Source: Methylotenera sp. (GTDB taxonomy: Bacteria > Pseudomonadota > Gammaproteobacteria > Burkholderiales > Burkholderiaceae_C). Taken from it: a stretch of 64,000 nt of DNA. A program made the position numbers and the translations under genes. Positions 19,261 through 27,872 of the stretch are shown one piece after another (the first letter of the stretch is position 1; each line of letters starts with the position of its first letter). The notes below the pieces were generated by a model. The model had not been told where the DNA came from. It searched no databases and saw only the letters and a program-made list of their open reading frames with translations. The stretch covers positions 11,504 through 75,503 of the forward strand of contig JAIPCJ010000001.1 in NCBI GenBank assembly GCA_021738245.1, written 5' to 3'.

Positions 19261-21546
19261 ATGAAGTTCACTGACGGACAGTGGATGCTTCAACCGGGCG
19301 TCGCCGCGCATTACGCGGCCGAGGCCTACGAGGTGGAAGCCCACGCCGACCGACTGGTCGTGCTCGCCACGACCCGACCCATCAAGCACCGCGGCGACAC
19401 GCTGCAGGGCCCCACGCTCACGGTCACGCTCAGCTCGCCGCTGCCGGGCGTCATCCGGGTGAGCGTGGCCCACTACACCGCATCCAGCGCGCCACGCCTG
19501 CACATCCCCATGGTGGGCGCGACGCAGGCGCCGGTGCAGATCACCGAGACCGACACCCACGCCACGCTGACCTCCGGCGCGATCTCGGTGGATGTGAAGA
19601 AGGGCGAGGGCTGGAGCCTGACCTTCCGCGAGGGCAGTCGCATCCTGACCAAGAGCGACTGGCGCGGCCTGGGCTTCATCCAGTGGGGGCCCAAGGGCAA
19701 CCATGTGCACGAGCAGCTGAGCCTGGCCGTGGGCGAGAACGTCTATGGCCTGGGCGAGCGCTTCACCGCCTGGGTGAAGAACGGCCAGGTGGTGGAGAAC
19801 ACCAACAAGGACGGCGGCACGGCCTGCGAGCAGGCCTACAAGAACGTGCCTTTCTACCTGACCAACCGGGGCTACGGCGTGCTGGTGAACGAGGCCGGCC
19901 CGGTGTCCTTCGAGGTGGCCTCGGAGAAGGTCGCGCGTGTGCAGTTCAGCCGCGAGGGCGAGAGCCTGGACTACTGCGTGATTGCGGGTCCGACGCCGAA
20001 GGATGTCGTGTCCCGGTTGACAGCGCTGACAGGCCGCGCCCCGCTGCCGCCGGCCTGGAGCTTCGGCCTGTGGATGACGACCTCGTTCACCACGCAGTAC
20101 GACGAAGCCACCGCCACGCATTTCATCGACGAGATGGCGCGCCGCGAGCTGCCGTTGTCGGTCTTTCACTTCGACTGCTTCTGGATGCGCGAGTTCCAGT
20201 GGTGCGACTTCCAGTGGGACCCGCGCGGCTTCCCCGAGCCCGAGGCCATGCTCCAGCGCCTGCATGCCAAGGGCCTGAAGATCAGCCTCTGGATCAACCC
20301 CTACGTGGCGCAGAAGTCGCCCCTGTTCGCCGAGGGCGTGCGGGAGGGCTACTTCATCAAGCGCAAGGGCGGGCCGCAGGATGGCCTGACCTTCCAGACT
20401 GACCTCTGGCAGCCCGGCATGGCCATCGTCGACTTCACCAACCCGGCGGCCAAGGCCTGGTACCAGGGCCATCTGCGCCGCCTGCTGGCCACCGGTGCGG
20501 ACTGCTTCAAGACCGACTTCGGCGAGCGCATCCCGAGCGAGGGCGTGCAGTACTTCGACGGCTCCGACCCGGTCGAGATGCACAACCTCTATGCGCTGCA
20601 GTACAACGAAGCGGTCTTCGAGCTGCTGCAGGAGGTGCAGGGCCGCGACGCCATCGTGTTCGCGCGTTCCACCTATGCCTCGGGCCAGCGCTTCCCGGTG
20701 CACTGGGGCGGCGACTGCTGGAGCACCTTCGAGTCGATGGCCGAGAGCCTGCGCGGCGGCCTGTCGCTGACCAGCTGCGGCTTCGCCTTCTGGAGCCACG
20801 ACATCGGCGGCTTCGAGGGCAAGCCGCCGCCGGCCGTCTACAAGCGCTGGATCCAGTTCGGCCTGATGTCCTCGCACAGCCGACTGCATGGCAGCAGCAG
20901 CTACCGGGTGCCATGGCTGGTGGACGAGGAAAGCTGCGACGTGCTGCGCGTCTTCACCCGGCTCAAGCACCAGCTCATGCCCTACCTCTATGCCACTGCG
21001 CAGGAGGCCTCGCAGACCGGCGTGCCGATGATGCGGGCCATGGTGCTGGAACACCCGGACGACCCCGCCTGCGCGGCGCTGGACCGCCAGTACCAACTGG
21101 GCGGCAGCCTGCTGGTGGCGCCGGTGTTCACCGAGAGCGGTGAGGTCGATGTGTATCTGCCCGCAGGCACCTGGACGCATCTGCTGTCGGGCGAGAAGAA
21201 GGCGGGCGGGCGTTGGCATCGCGAGACGCATGGCTTCCTGTCCATGCCGCTGTATGCGGCGCCGGGCAGCGTCATCGCCTGGGGTGCGGAGACCGAGAAG
21301 CCCGACTACGACTACGTCCGCGGCACGGTGCTGCGCGTGTTCGAGCTGGCCGACGGGGCGAGCGCAGCCTTCACGGTGGTGGGCGTGGACGGCGCGGTGG
21401 CGGCGCGTGGCACGGTCAACCGCCGCGGCGCGGCCTACACCGCCGAGGTGGCCGAAGGCGCGCTGCACGACTGGGCCATCGAGGTCGACGGCCGCCGCAG
21501 CCCGGTGCTGGCCCGCGGTGCACGCCTGAACTGGACGCCGGCATGA
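19261..21546 (+). CDS. yicI: GH31 alpha-xylosidase
   Basis: MKFTDGQW start, YGLGERF, FHFDCFWM, FKTDFGERIP and WSHDIGGF motifs, typical of YicI. Confidence 0.95.
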   Translation: MKFTDGQWMLQPGVAAHYAAEAYEVEAHADRLVVLATTRPIKHRGDTLQGPTLTVTLSSPLPGVIRVSVAHYTASSAPRLHIPMVGATQAPVQITETDTHATLTSGAISVDVKKGEGWSLTFREGSRILTKSDWRGLGFIQWGPKGNHVHEQLSLAVGENVYGLGERFTAWVKNGQVVENTNKDGGTACEQAYKNVPFYLTNRGYGVLVNEAGPVSFEVASEKVARVQFSREGESLDYCVIAGPTPKDVVSRLTALTGRAPLPPAWSFGLWMTTSFTTQYDEATATHFIDEMARRELPLSVFHFDCFWMREFQWCDFQWDPRGFPEPEAMLQRLHAKGLKISLWINPYVAQKSPLFAEGVREGYFIKRKGGPQDGLTFQTDLWQPGMAIVDFTNPAAKAWYQGHLRRLLATGADCFKTDFGERIPSEGVQYFDGSDPVEMHNLYALQYNEAVFELLQEVQGRDAIVFARSTYASGQRFPVHWGGDCWSTFESMAESLRGGLSLTSCGFAFWSHDIGGFEGKPPPAVYKRWIQFGLMSSHSRLHGSSSYRVPWLVDEESCDVLRVFTRLKHQLMPYLYATAQEASQTGVPMMRAMVLEHPDDPACAALDRQYQLGGSLLVAPVFTESGEVDVYLPAGTWTHLLSGEKKAGGRWHRETHGFLSMPLYAAPGSVIAWGAETEKPDYDYVRGTVLRVFELADGASAAFTVVGVDGAVAARGTVNRRGAAYTAEVAEGALHDWAIEVDGRRSPVLARGARLNWTPA

Positions 21547-23252
21547 AGCGCGGCCTGCTGTGGCCGCTGCTGGTGGCGGGAGCCGGCGCGGCGTGGGCGG
21601 ACGCCGGCATCGCGGTCAACCAGGTGGGCTACCTGCCGGGCACGACCAAGGTGGCGGCGGCCCCAGCCGCCCCGGCCAGGAAGGCGGCCCGCTTCCAGGT
21701 GGTCGATGCCCGCAGCGGCCGCGTGGTGCTGGGCGGGCGCCTCGGCGCACCCGCGCTGTGGGCGCCTGCCGGCAGTGAGGTGCGGCTGATGGACTTCTCC
21801 GCGTTGACACGACCTGGCCAGTACCGGATCCGCGTGGCCGGCCTGCCGGACTCGCCCACCTTCACGGTCGCACCCGATGCCTATGCCGCGGTCAACGCCG
21901 CCGCGATCAAGGCCTTCTACTTCAACCGGGCCAGCACGCCGCTGCTGCCCGAGCATGCGGGCCGCTGGGCGCGCGCCGCGGGCCACCCCGACGATGTGGT
22001 GCGCGTGCATGCCTCGGCCGCGGGCCCCGGCCGGCCGGAAGGCACGGTCATCCGCGCGCCCAAGGGCTGGTATGACGCGGGTGACTACAACAAGTACATC
22101 GTCAACTCCGGCATCACGGTCTACACCCTGCTGGCGGCCTGGGAGCATTACCCGGAGCTGTTCAAGGCCCAGCGCCTGAACATTCCGGAGAGCGGCAACG
22201 ATCTGCCCGACCTGCTCGACGAGGTGCTGTGGAACCTCGAATGGATGCTCGACATGCAGGACCCGGCGGACGGCGGGGTCTACCACAAGCTCACCAACAA
22301 GGGCTTCGACGGCGTGGTGATGCCGGTCGATGCGCGGGGCGAGCGCTATGTGGTGCAGAAGTCGACCGCGGCGACGCTGGATTTCGCGGCCGTGATGGCG
22401 CAGGCCAGCCGCGTGTTCTCCGCCTTCGAGGCCCAGCGACCCGGGCTGTCGCAGCGCCTGCGCGACGCGGCCCGCCGGGCCTGGACCTGGGCGCAGCAGC
22501 ATCCCGCCGAGATCTATCGCCAGCCGCCGGACATCCGCACCGGCGGCTATGACGATGACCAGCTGGCCGACGAATTCGCCTGGGCCGGCACGGAACTCTG
22601 GCTGGCCACCGGCGACGCGAGCTACCGGCCCGACCTCGACGCGCTGCCGATCAGCACGCCCGGCTGGGCCGATGTGAAGGGCCTGCTGTGGGTAACCCTA
22701 GGCGCGCATCTCGACAAACTCAGGGAAAATGACAGCGTTGTCGTCAAAGCCCGCCTCATGACCTTCGCGCAGGAACAGCTCGCCCTCTGGCAGGCCTCGG
22801 CCTACCGGCTCGGCGTGCGCCCGGAGGACTTCGGCTGGGGCAGCAACTCGGTGCTGCTCAACCGCGCGCTGATGCTGCTGCAGGCCTATCGCCTGGACCG
22901 GCAGCCTCGGCTGCTGGCCGCGGCGCAGGCGCTGTTCGACCATGTGCTCGGGCGCAACCCGCTCGGCCAGAGCTATGTCACCGGCTTCGGCGCCCACCCG
23001 CCGAGGCACCCGCACCACCGGCCCTCCGAGGCCGATGGCGTGGAGGCGCCGGTGCCGGGCTTCCTGGTCGGCGGCCCCAACCCGGGTCAGCAAGACCAGC
23101 AAGGCTGCCCGGTGCCCTATGCCTCCAAGCAGCCGGCGCTGTCCTACCTCGATCACTTCTGCAGTTATGCGAGCAACGAGGTGGCGATCAACTGGAATGC
23201 GCCGCTGGTCTATGTGTCGGCTGCGCTGCAGGCCCTGACCCCCGCGAGATGA
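21543..23252 (+). CDS. GH9 endoglucanase with N-terminal Ig-like domain, secreted
   Basis: NQVGYLP, GWYDAGDYNKY, HHRPS and YASNEVAINWNA motifs; ATGA overlap with yicI; signal peptide. Confidence 0.93.
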   Translation: MKRGLLWPLLVAGAGAAWADAGIAVNQVGYLPGTTKVAAAPAAPARKAARFQVVDARSGRVVLGGRLGAPALWAPAGSEVRLMDFSALTRPGQYRIRVAGLPDSPTFTVAPDAYAAVNAAAIKAFYFNRASTPLLPEHAGRWARAAGHPDDVVRVHASAAGPGRPEGTVIRAPKGWYDAGDYNKYIVNSGITVYTLLAAWEHYPELFKAQRLNIPESGNDLPDLLDEVLWNLEWMLDMQDPADGGVYHKLTNKGFDGVVMPVDARGERYVVQKSTAATLDFAAVMAQASRVFSAFEAQRPGLSQRLRDAARRAWTWAQQHPAEIYRQPPDIRTGGYDDDQLADEFAWAGTELWLATGDASYRPDLDALPISTPGWADVKGLLWVTLGAHLDKLRENDSVVVKARLMTFAQEQLALWQASAYRLGVRPEDFGWGSNSVLLNRALMLLQAYRLDRQPRLLAAAQALFDHVLGRNPLGQSYVTGFGAHPPRHPHHRPSEADGVEAPVPGFLVGGPNPGQQDQQGCPVPYASKQPALSYLDHFCSYASNEVAINWNAPLVYVSAALQALTPAR

Positions 23253-23418
23253 GGCCCCTCGTCCGACGCGTACGTGGGCCGGTTCCCCGAGGGGATGGCC
23301 CTGCTTGCGGCTTCGGGCCGCGAGCCCATGGCCCGCGCGGGCCGGCTCGGGCGCGGCGCGGCGCCTGCCCCGCAACGCCGAGATTCACCCGGCATCCCTA
23401 GAGAAAAACGGAGACATC

Positions 23419-24735
23419 ATGACCTCGCCCCACCGCCACCCGCTCGTCTGGGTGCCCTCGCTCTACCTGGCCATGGGCCTGCCCAACGTGATGGTGGGGG
23501 TGGTCGCGGCCATCATCTACAAGAACCTCGGCGTCGCCAACGAGGACATCGCGCTCTACACCTCGCAGATGTACCTGCCCTGGGTGCTCAAGCCGCTGTG
23601 GGCGCCGCTGCTGGAGGCCTACCGCAGCAAGCGCTTCTGGGTCATCAGCATGGAGTTCACGATGGCCGCCGGCCTGGCCCTGGTGGCCCTGTGCCTGCCG
23701 CTGGAGGGCTTCTTCAAGCTGTCGCTGGCCTTCTTCTGGCTCGTCGGCTTCGCCTCGGCCACGCAGGACACCTGCGCCGACGGTGTCTTCATGACCACCG
23801 TCAGCAAGACCGACCAGGCGCGCTACGCCGGCCTGCAGGGCATGTGCTGGAACATGGGCGCCGTCATCGCCTCGGGCCTGCTCGTGTCCCTGACCGGCTA
23901 TCTGCACAACCACCTGGGCCTGAGCTGGGTGCAGTGCTGGGTGATCGTCGTGTCCCTCGCGGCCGGCGCGATGGCCCTCTTCGGTGTGTACCACTTGCGC
24001 GTGCTGCCGCCGGGCGCGCCGTCGACCCTGAAGGGGCAGGGCCTGGGCGTGGGCCTTCGCGCCACGGCCGAGGCCTGGGTCACGCTGTTCCAGAAGCCGC
24101 AGATCTGGATGATGCTGGCGGTCATCTTCTTCTACCGCTTCGGCGAGGGCTTCATCGAGAAGTTCGGCCCGCTGTTCCTGCTCGATGGCCGCGAGGCCGG
24201 CGGCCTGGGCCTGGACAACGAGGCGCTCGGCCACATCAACGGCACGGTCGGCACGCTGACCTTCATCGCGGGCGCGTTTCTGGGCGGCTTCCTGGTCGCC
24301 AAGCGGACGCTGCCGCGCAGCTTCTTCCTGCTGGCCCTGGTGCTGAACATCCCGCACCTGACCTACTTCTACCTGGCGCAGTCCATGCCGACCGACACGA
24401 CGACCATCGCCGTGGTGGTGGCGCTGGAGAAGTTCGGCTTCGGCATGGGCTCGGTCGGCCACATGCTTTACATGATGCAGCAGATCGCGCCCGGGCCCTT
24501 CCGCATGGCGCACTACGCCATGGCCACCGGGGTCATGGCGCTCACGAAATGGAGCACCGGCAGCGTGAGCGGGCTGCTCTGGAACCTGGTTGACCATCAT
24601 TACGTGAGCTTCTTCGGCTGGGTGCTGGTGTTCTCCATCCCGCCGGTGGTGCTGGCCTGGCTGGCTCCCTTCCCGCACGACCACGCGGCAGCGCCCGAGG
24701 CCGCTGGCGAGCCGGCGATCGCGGGAGGCCACTGA
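23419..24735 (+). CDS. MFS transporter, AmpG-like
   Basis: PWVLKPLWAP, SATQD..DG and FYRFGEG motifs; about 12 TM segments; GGAGAC RBS. Confidence 0.85.
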   Translation: MTSPHRHPLVWVPSLYLAMGLPNVMVGVVAAIIYKNLGVANEDIALYTSQMYLPWVLKPLWAPLLEAYRSKRFWVISMEFTMAAGLALVALCLPLEGFFKLSLAFFWLVGFASATQDTCADGVFMTTVSKTDQARYAGLQGMCWNMGAVIASGLLVSLTGYLHNHLGLSWVQCWVIVVSLAAGAMALFGVYHLRVLPPGAPSTLKGQGLGVGLRATAEAWVTLFQKPQIWMMLAVIFFYRFGEGFIEKFGPLFLLDGREAGGLGLDNEALGHINGTVGTLTFIAGAFLGGFLVAKRTLPRSFFLLALVLNIPHLTYFYLAQSMPTDTTTIAVVVALEKFGFGMGSVGHMLYMMQQIAPGPFRMAHYAMATGVMALTKWSTGSVSGLLWNLVDHHYVSFFGWVLVFSIPPVVLAWLAPFPHDHAAAPEAAGEPAIAGGH

Positions 24736-25451
24736 TGAGCCTGCTGCTGAGCCTGGCCCTGGCCACGGCCGCGGCGCCGTCCTGCGCGCCTGATGCGCTG
24801 GGCACCGCCCGCACACTCACCCTGCCGCGGGCCGCAGCCGCCTGGGGCACGGCCCAGCACGCGCCGCTGCCGGGCCTCGCCCCCAAGGAAGTGGTGCTGA
24901 CCTTTGACGACGGCCCGCGTCCCGGGTCCACGCCGCAGGTGCTGAAGGCCCTGGCCGAGCAATGCGTGCAGGCGAGCTTCTTCATGAACGGCGAGCCCAT
25001 GGCCCGCCACCCCGAGCTGGCGCGCACGGTGCGCGACGCCGGTCACAGCGTAGGCATGCATGGCTATCGGCATGACAACTTCTCGCAGCTGCCCGCCGAA
25101 GACCAGGGCCGCGACCTCAAGGCCATGATCGCGACCTACGTCGAGGTGCTAGGCGAGGCGCCGGCCGCTTACCGATTCCCCTTCCTGGCCGAGTCGCCCA
25201 CGCTGATGAAGGCGCTCGACAAGCTCGGCATCACCGTCATGTCGGTGGACGCCGGCGCCGAGGACTGGTTGCCCGACCAGACGCCGCAGAGGCTGGCCGA
25301 CAAGCTCATGGGCCAGCTCGCGAAGCCGGGCGGCGGCATCATCCTGCTGCACGACGCGCAGGACCAGACAGCGCGCGCGCTGCCCTTCCTGCTCAAGACC
25401 CTGAAGGCGGGTGGCTACCGCGTGGTGCACCTGCGCTGGCAGGGGCCATGA
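24735..25451 (+). CDS. CE4 polysaccharide deacetylase, exported
   Basis: TFDDGP, HGYRH, YRFPF and IILLHD motifs; signal peptide; TGATG coupling to the MFS gene. Confidence 0.88.
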   Translation: MSLLLSLALATAAAPSCAPDALGTARTLTLPRAAAAWGTAQHAPLPGLAPKEVVLTFDDGPRPGSTPQVLKALAEQCVQASFFMNGEPMARHPELARTVRDAGHSVGMHGYRHDNFSQLPAEDQGRDLKAMIATYVEVLGEAPAAYRFPFLAESPTLMKALDKLGITVMSVDAGAEDWLPDQTPQRLADKLMGQLAKPGGGIILLHDAQDQTARALPFLLKTLKAGGYRVVHLRWQGP

Positions 25452-25488
25452 AGAAAAAGGGGTGAGGCCCCTTGCGAGACCTCACCCC
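25451..25488 (-). terminator. intrinsic terminator downstream of the EF-G paralogue
   Basis: Minus strand GGGGTGAGG-loop-CCTCACCCC followed by TTTTTCTT. Confidence 0.8.
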
Positions 25489-25501
25489 GTCCACCCCGGC
25501 C

Positions 25502-27517
25502 TCAGGCCGCCAGGGCCAGCCGCGCCGGCAGCTCGGCATGGTGGCTCAGCTGCATCGTGAACTGCGCCCGCCCCGCGCTCAGCGCGCGCAGCTGGCCGAT
25601 GTAGCCGAACATCTGCGCCAGCGGCACCTGGGCCGACACGACGACGGCGCTGCCGCGCACATCCTGCCCCTGCACCTGCCCGCGGCGGCGCAGCAGGTCG
25701 CCGATGACGTCGCCCAGCGCTTCGGCCGGCGTGACGACTTCCACCGCCATCACCGGCTCCAGCACCACGGGCGCTGCCTTCAGCACCGCCTCGCGCAGCG
25801 CGCTGGCCGCCGCCAGCTCGAAAGCCAGCGCCGACGAATCGCGCACGTGCGCGCTGCCGTCCACCAGCACCGCCTCGAAGTCCACCAGCGGGTGGCCCGC
25901 GAACGGGCCGGCCTGGGCCGCCTTGCGGATGCCGGCTTCCACCGCCGGGATGAACTCGCGCGGAATCGCGCCGCCCACCACGGTGCTGCTGAAGCGAACG
26001 CCGTCGCCGCGCGCCAGCGGTGCGATGCGCAGCGTCAGCTCAGCGAACTGGCCGGGGCCGCCGCTTTGCTTGCGATGCACATGCCGCACCTCGGCCGCCG
26101 CCGTGATGGTCTCGCGGTAAGCCACCTGCGGGCGGCCGACCGAGACCTCCACGCCGAAGCGTGAACGCAGCTTCTCCACGGCCACTTCCAGCTGCAGCTC
26201 ACCGAGGCCTGACAGCAGCGTCTGTCCGGTCTCGGCGTCCTGACGCAGGCGCAGCGACGGGTCCTCGCGCACGAGCACACCCAGCCCCTTGGCCAGGGCG
26301 GCGGCACCTGCCTGCTGGCGTGGCTCGATGGCCAGGTCGATGACCGGCTCGGGCACGGCGATGCTCTCCAGCACCGGCGCGTCGCGCGTGGCCGCCAGCG
26401 TGTGGCCGGTCAGCACGTCCTTCAGGCCCACGATGCCGGCAATGTCGCCCGCGACCAGCTGGTCGCGCTCGACCCGCCGGTCGGCATGGATCTCGTACAG
26501 CCGCGTCACGCGCTCGGCCTGGCCGGTGCTGGCGTTGAACACCGTGTCGCCGCGCCGCAGGCTGCCGCGGTAGACCCGCACGAACACCATCGTGCCGTGG
26601 TCATCCGCGCTCAGCTTGAACGCGAGGGCGGACAGCGGGCCGTCCGCGGCCACCGCGCCGGGGGCTTCGCCGGGCGCGGGCAGGTAGGCCACGACCGCAT
26701 CCAGCAGCGGCTCCACGCCGCGGTTGCGGAAGGCCGAACCCGCCAGCACCGGCACCAGCTCGCCTGCAATCGTGGCCGCGCGCAGGCCCGCCCGCAGGGC
26801 GTCCACCGAGGGGCTGTCGCCGCGCAGCCAGGCGTCCAGCAGGGCGTCGTCGCGCTCCACCACGGCTTCCACCAGGCGGGCGCGGGCCAGCTGAGCCGGG
26901 CCGATCAGTTCGGGCGGGATGCCGGTCACGCGCGGCGGCGCCTGGGCGTCGTCACGGTCCCATACCAGGGCCTGCTGCGAGAGCAGGTCCACCACGCCGC
27001 GGAAGTCGCCTTCCGCGCCAATCGGGAGCTGCAGCGGCAGCACATTCGCGCCCAGGCGCTCGCGCATCATCGCGACCACACGGTGGAAGTCCGCGCCGGT
27101 TCGGTCCAGCTTGTTGACGAAGGCGATGCGCGGCACGCGGTACTCGTCGGCCAGGCGCCAGTTGGTCTCGGTCTGCGGCTCCACGCCGGCCACGCCGTCG
27201 AACACGACCACGGCGCCGTCGAGCACGCGCAGCGAACGGCGCACCTCGATGTTGAAGTCGATGTGTCCGGGGGTGTCGATCAGGTTGATCTGCGTGCCCT
27301 GCCAGTGCACGGTGGTGGCCGCGCTGTGGATGGTGATGCCGCGCGCGCGTTCCTGCGGGTCGAAGTCCATCGTGGTGGCGCCGTCGTGGACTTCGCCGAT
27401 GCGGTGGTTTTCGCCGGTGTAGAACAGGATGCGTTCGGTGGTCGTGGTCTTGCCGGCGTCGACGTGGGCGATGACGCCGATGTTGCGCAGGTTGCGGAAG
27501 GTGATGTTCGAGTTCAT
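25502..27517 (-). CDS. fusA: elongation factor G paralogue (stand-alone, outside the str operon)
   Basis: [37 protein letters not shown] and EPVMAVEV motifs; 671 aa; no rpsL/rpsG/tuf neighbours. Confidence 0.93.
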   Translation of the reverse strand: MNSNITFRNLRNIGVIAHVDAGKTTTTERILFYTGENHRIGEVHDGATTMDFDPQERARGITIHSAATTVHWQGTQINLIDTPGHIDFNIEVRRSLRVLDGAVVVFDGVAGVEPQTETNWRLADEYRVPRIAFVNKLDRTGADFHRVVAMMRERLGANVLPLQLPIGAEGDFRGVVDLLSQQALVWDRDDAQAPPRVTGIPPELIGPAQLARARLVEAVVERDDALLDAWLRGDSPSVDALRAGLRAATIAGELVPVLAGSAFRNRGVEPLLDAVVAYLPAPGEAPGAVAADGPLSALAFKLSADDHGTMVFVRVYRGSLRRGDTVFNASTGQAERVTRLYEIHADRRVERDQLVAGDIAGIVGLKDVLTGHTLAATRDAPVLESIAVPEPVIDLAIEPRQQAGAAALAKGLGVLVREDPSLRLRQDAETGQTLLSGLGELQLEVAVEKLRSRFGVEVSVGRPQVAYRETITAAAEVRHVHRKQSGGPGQFAELTLRIAPLARGDGVRFSSTVVGGAIPREFIPAVEAGIRKAAQAGPFAGHPLVDFEAVLVDGSAHVRDSSALAFELAAASALREAVLKAAPVVLEPVMAVEVVTPAEALGDVIGDLLRRRGQVQGQDVRGSAVVVSAQVPLAQMFGYIGQLRALSAGRAQFTMQLSHHAELPARLALAA

Positions 27518-27570
27518 GGTGATTCCTGATTCGGGGTTGGCGTGCCAGCCCCGGCGGAACCGCCATGGGG

Positions 27571-27678
27571 CTAGCGTGAGGTCAGGACGCCGAAGCGCGC
27601 ACGCGACAGGCACAGCCGAGCCGCGCTCCGGCGCTCGGGAATCGTGGCGATCAGCTTGTCGAAGGTGCGGTTGAACAT
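27571..27678 (-). CDS. 35-aa small ORF between the attenuator and fusA ([35 protein letters not shown])
   Basis: ATG 13 nt after the terminator U-tract; TAG 54 nt before the fusA ATG; function unknown. Confidence 0.45.
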   Translation of the reverse strand: MFNRTFDKLIATIPERRSAARLCLSRARFGVLTSR

Positions 27679-27690
27679 GGTGGAACTCTG

Positions 27691-27729
27691 AAAACGAAAA
27701 ACCCCGGGAGGGACAGGCCTGCCGGGGTT
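27691..27729 (-). terminator. attenuator-type intrinsic terminator in the fusA leader
   Basis: Minus strand AACCCCGG-CAGGCCTGTCCCT-CCCGGGGTT followed by TTTCGTTTT. Confidence 0.8.
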
Positions 27730-27778
27730 GGTTGGGACCGGAAGGCGGTGGCGCCTTCCGAACACGGTCGAAGGGCGC

Positions 27779-27820
27779 TCAGGTGTTGAGGCGGGCTTGG
27801 ATCGTGTGGTTGAGCTTCAT
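27779..27820 (-). CDS. putative leader peptide MKLNHTIQARLNT
   Basis: 13-codon ORF immediately followed by mutually exclusive hairpins and a terminator upstream of fusA. Confidence 0.6.
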   Translation of the reverse strand: MKLNHTIQARLNT

Positions 27821-27872
27821 GATGGGCAAGATTGTGGGCTGAACGGCTATCTGGGGAAGGGGGCAGGGTCTT

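Noticed and set aside
23253-23410. GC-rich hairpin region before the AmpG-like MFS as a riboswitch (cobalamin-like GCCCCGCAAC)
   Set aside because: Lacks the other conserved riboswitch elements; more likely a REP-like remnant or stability hairpin.
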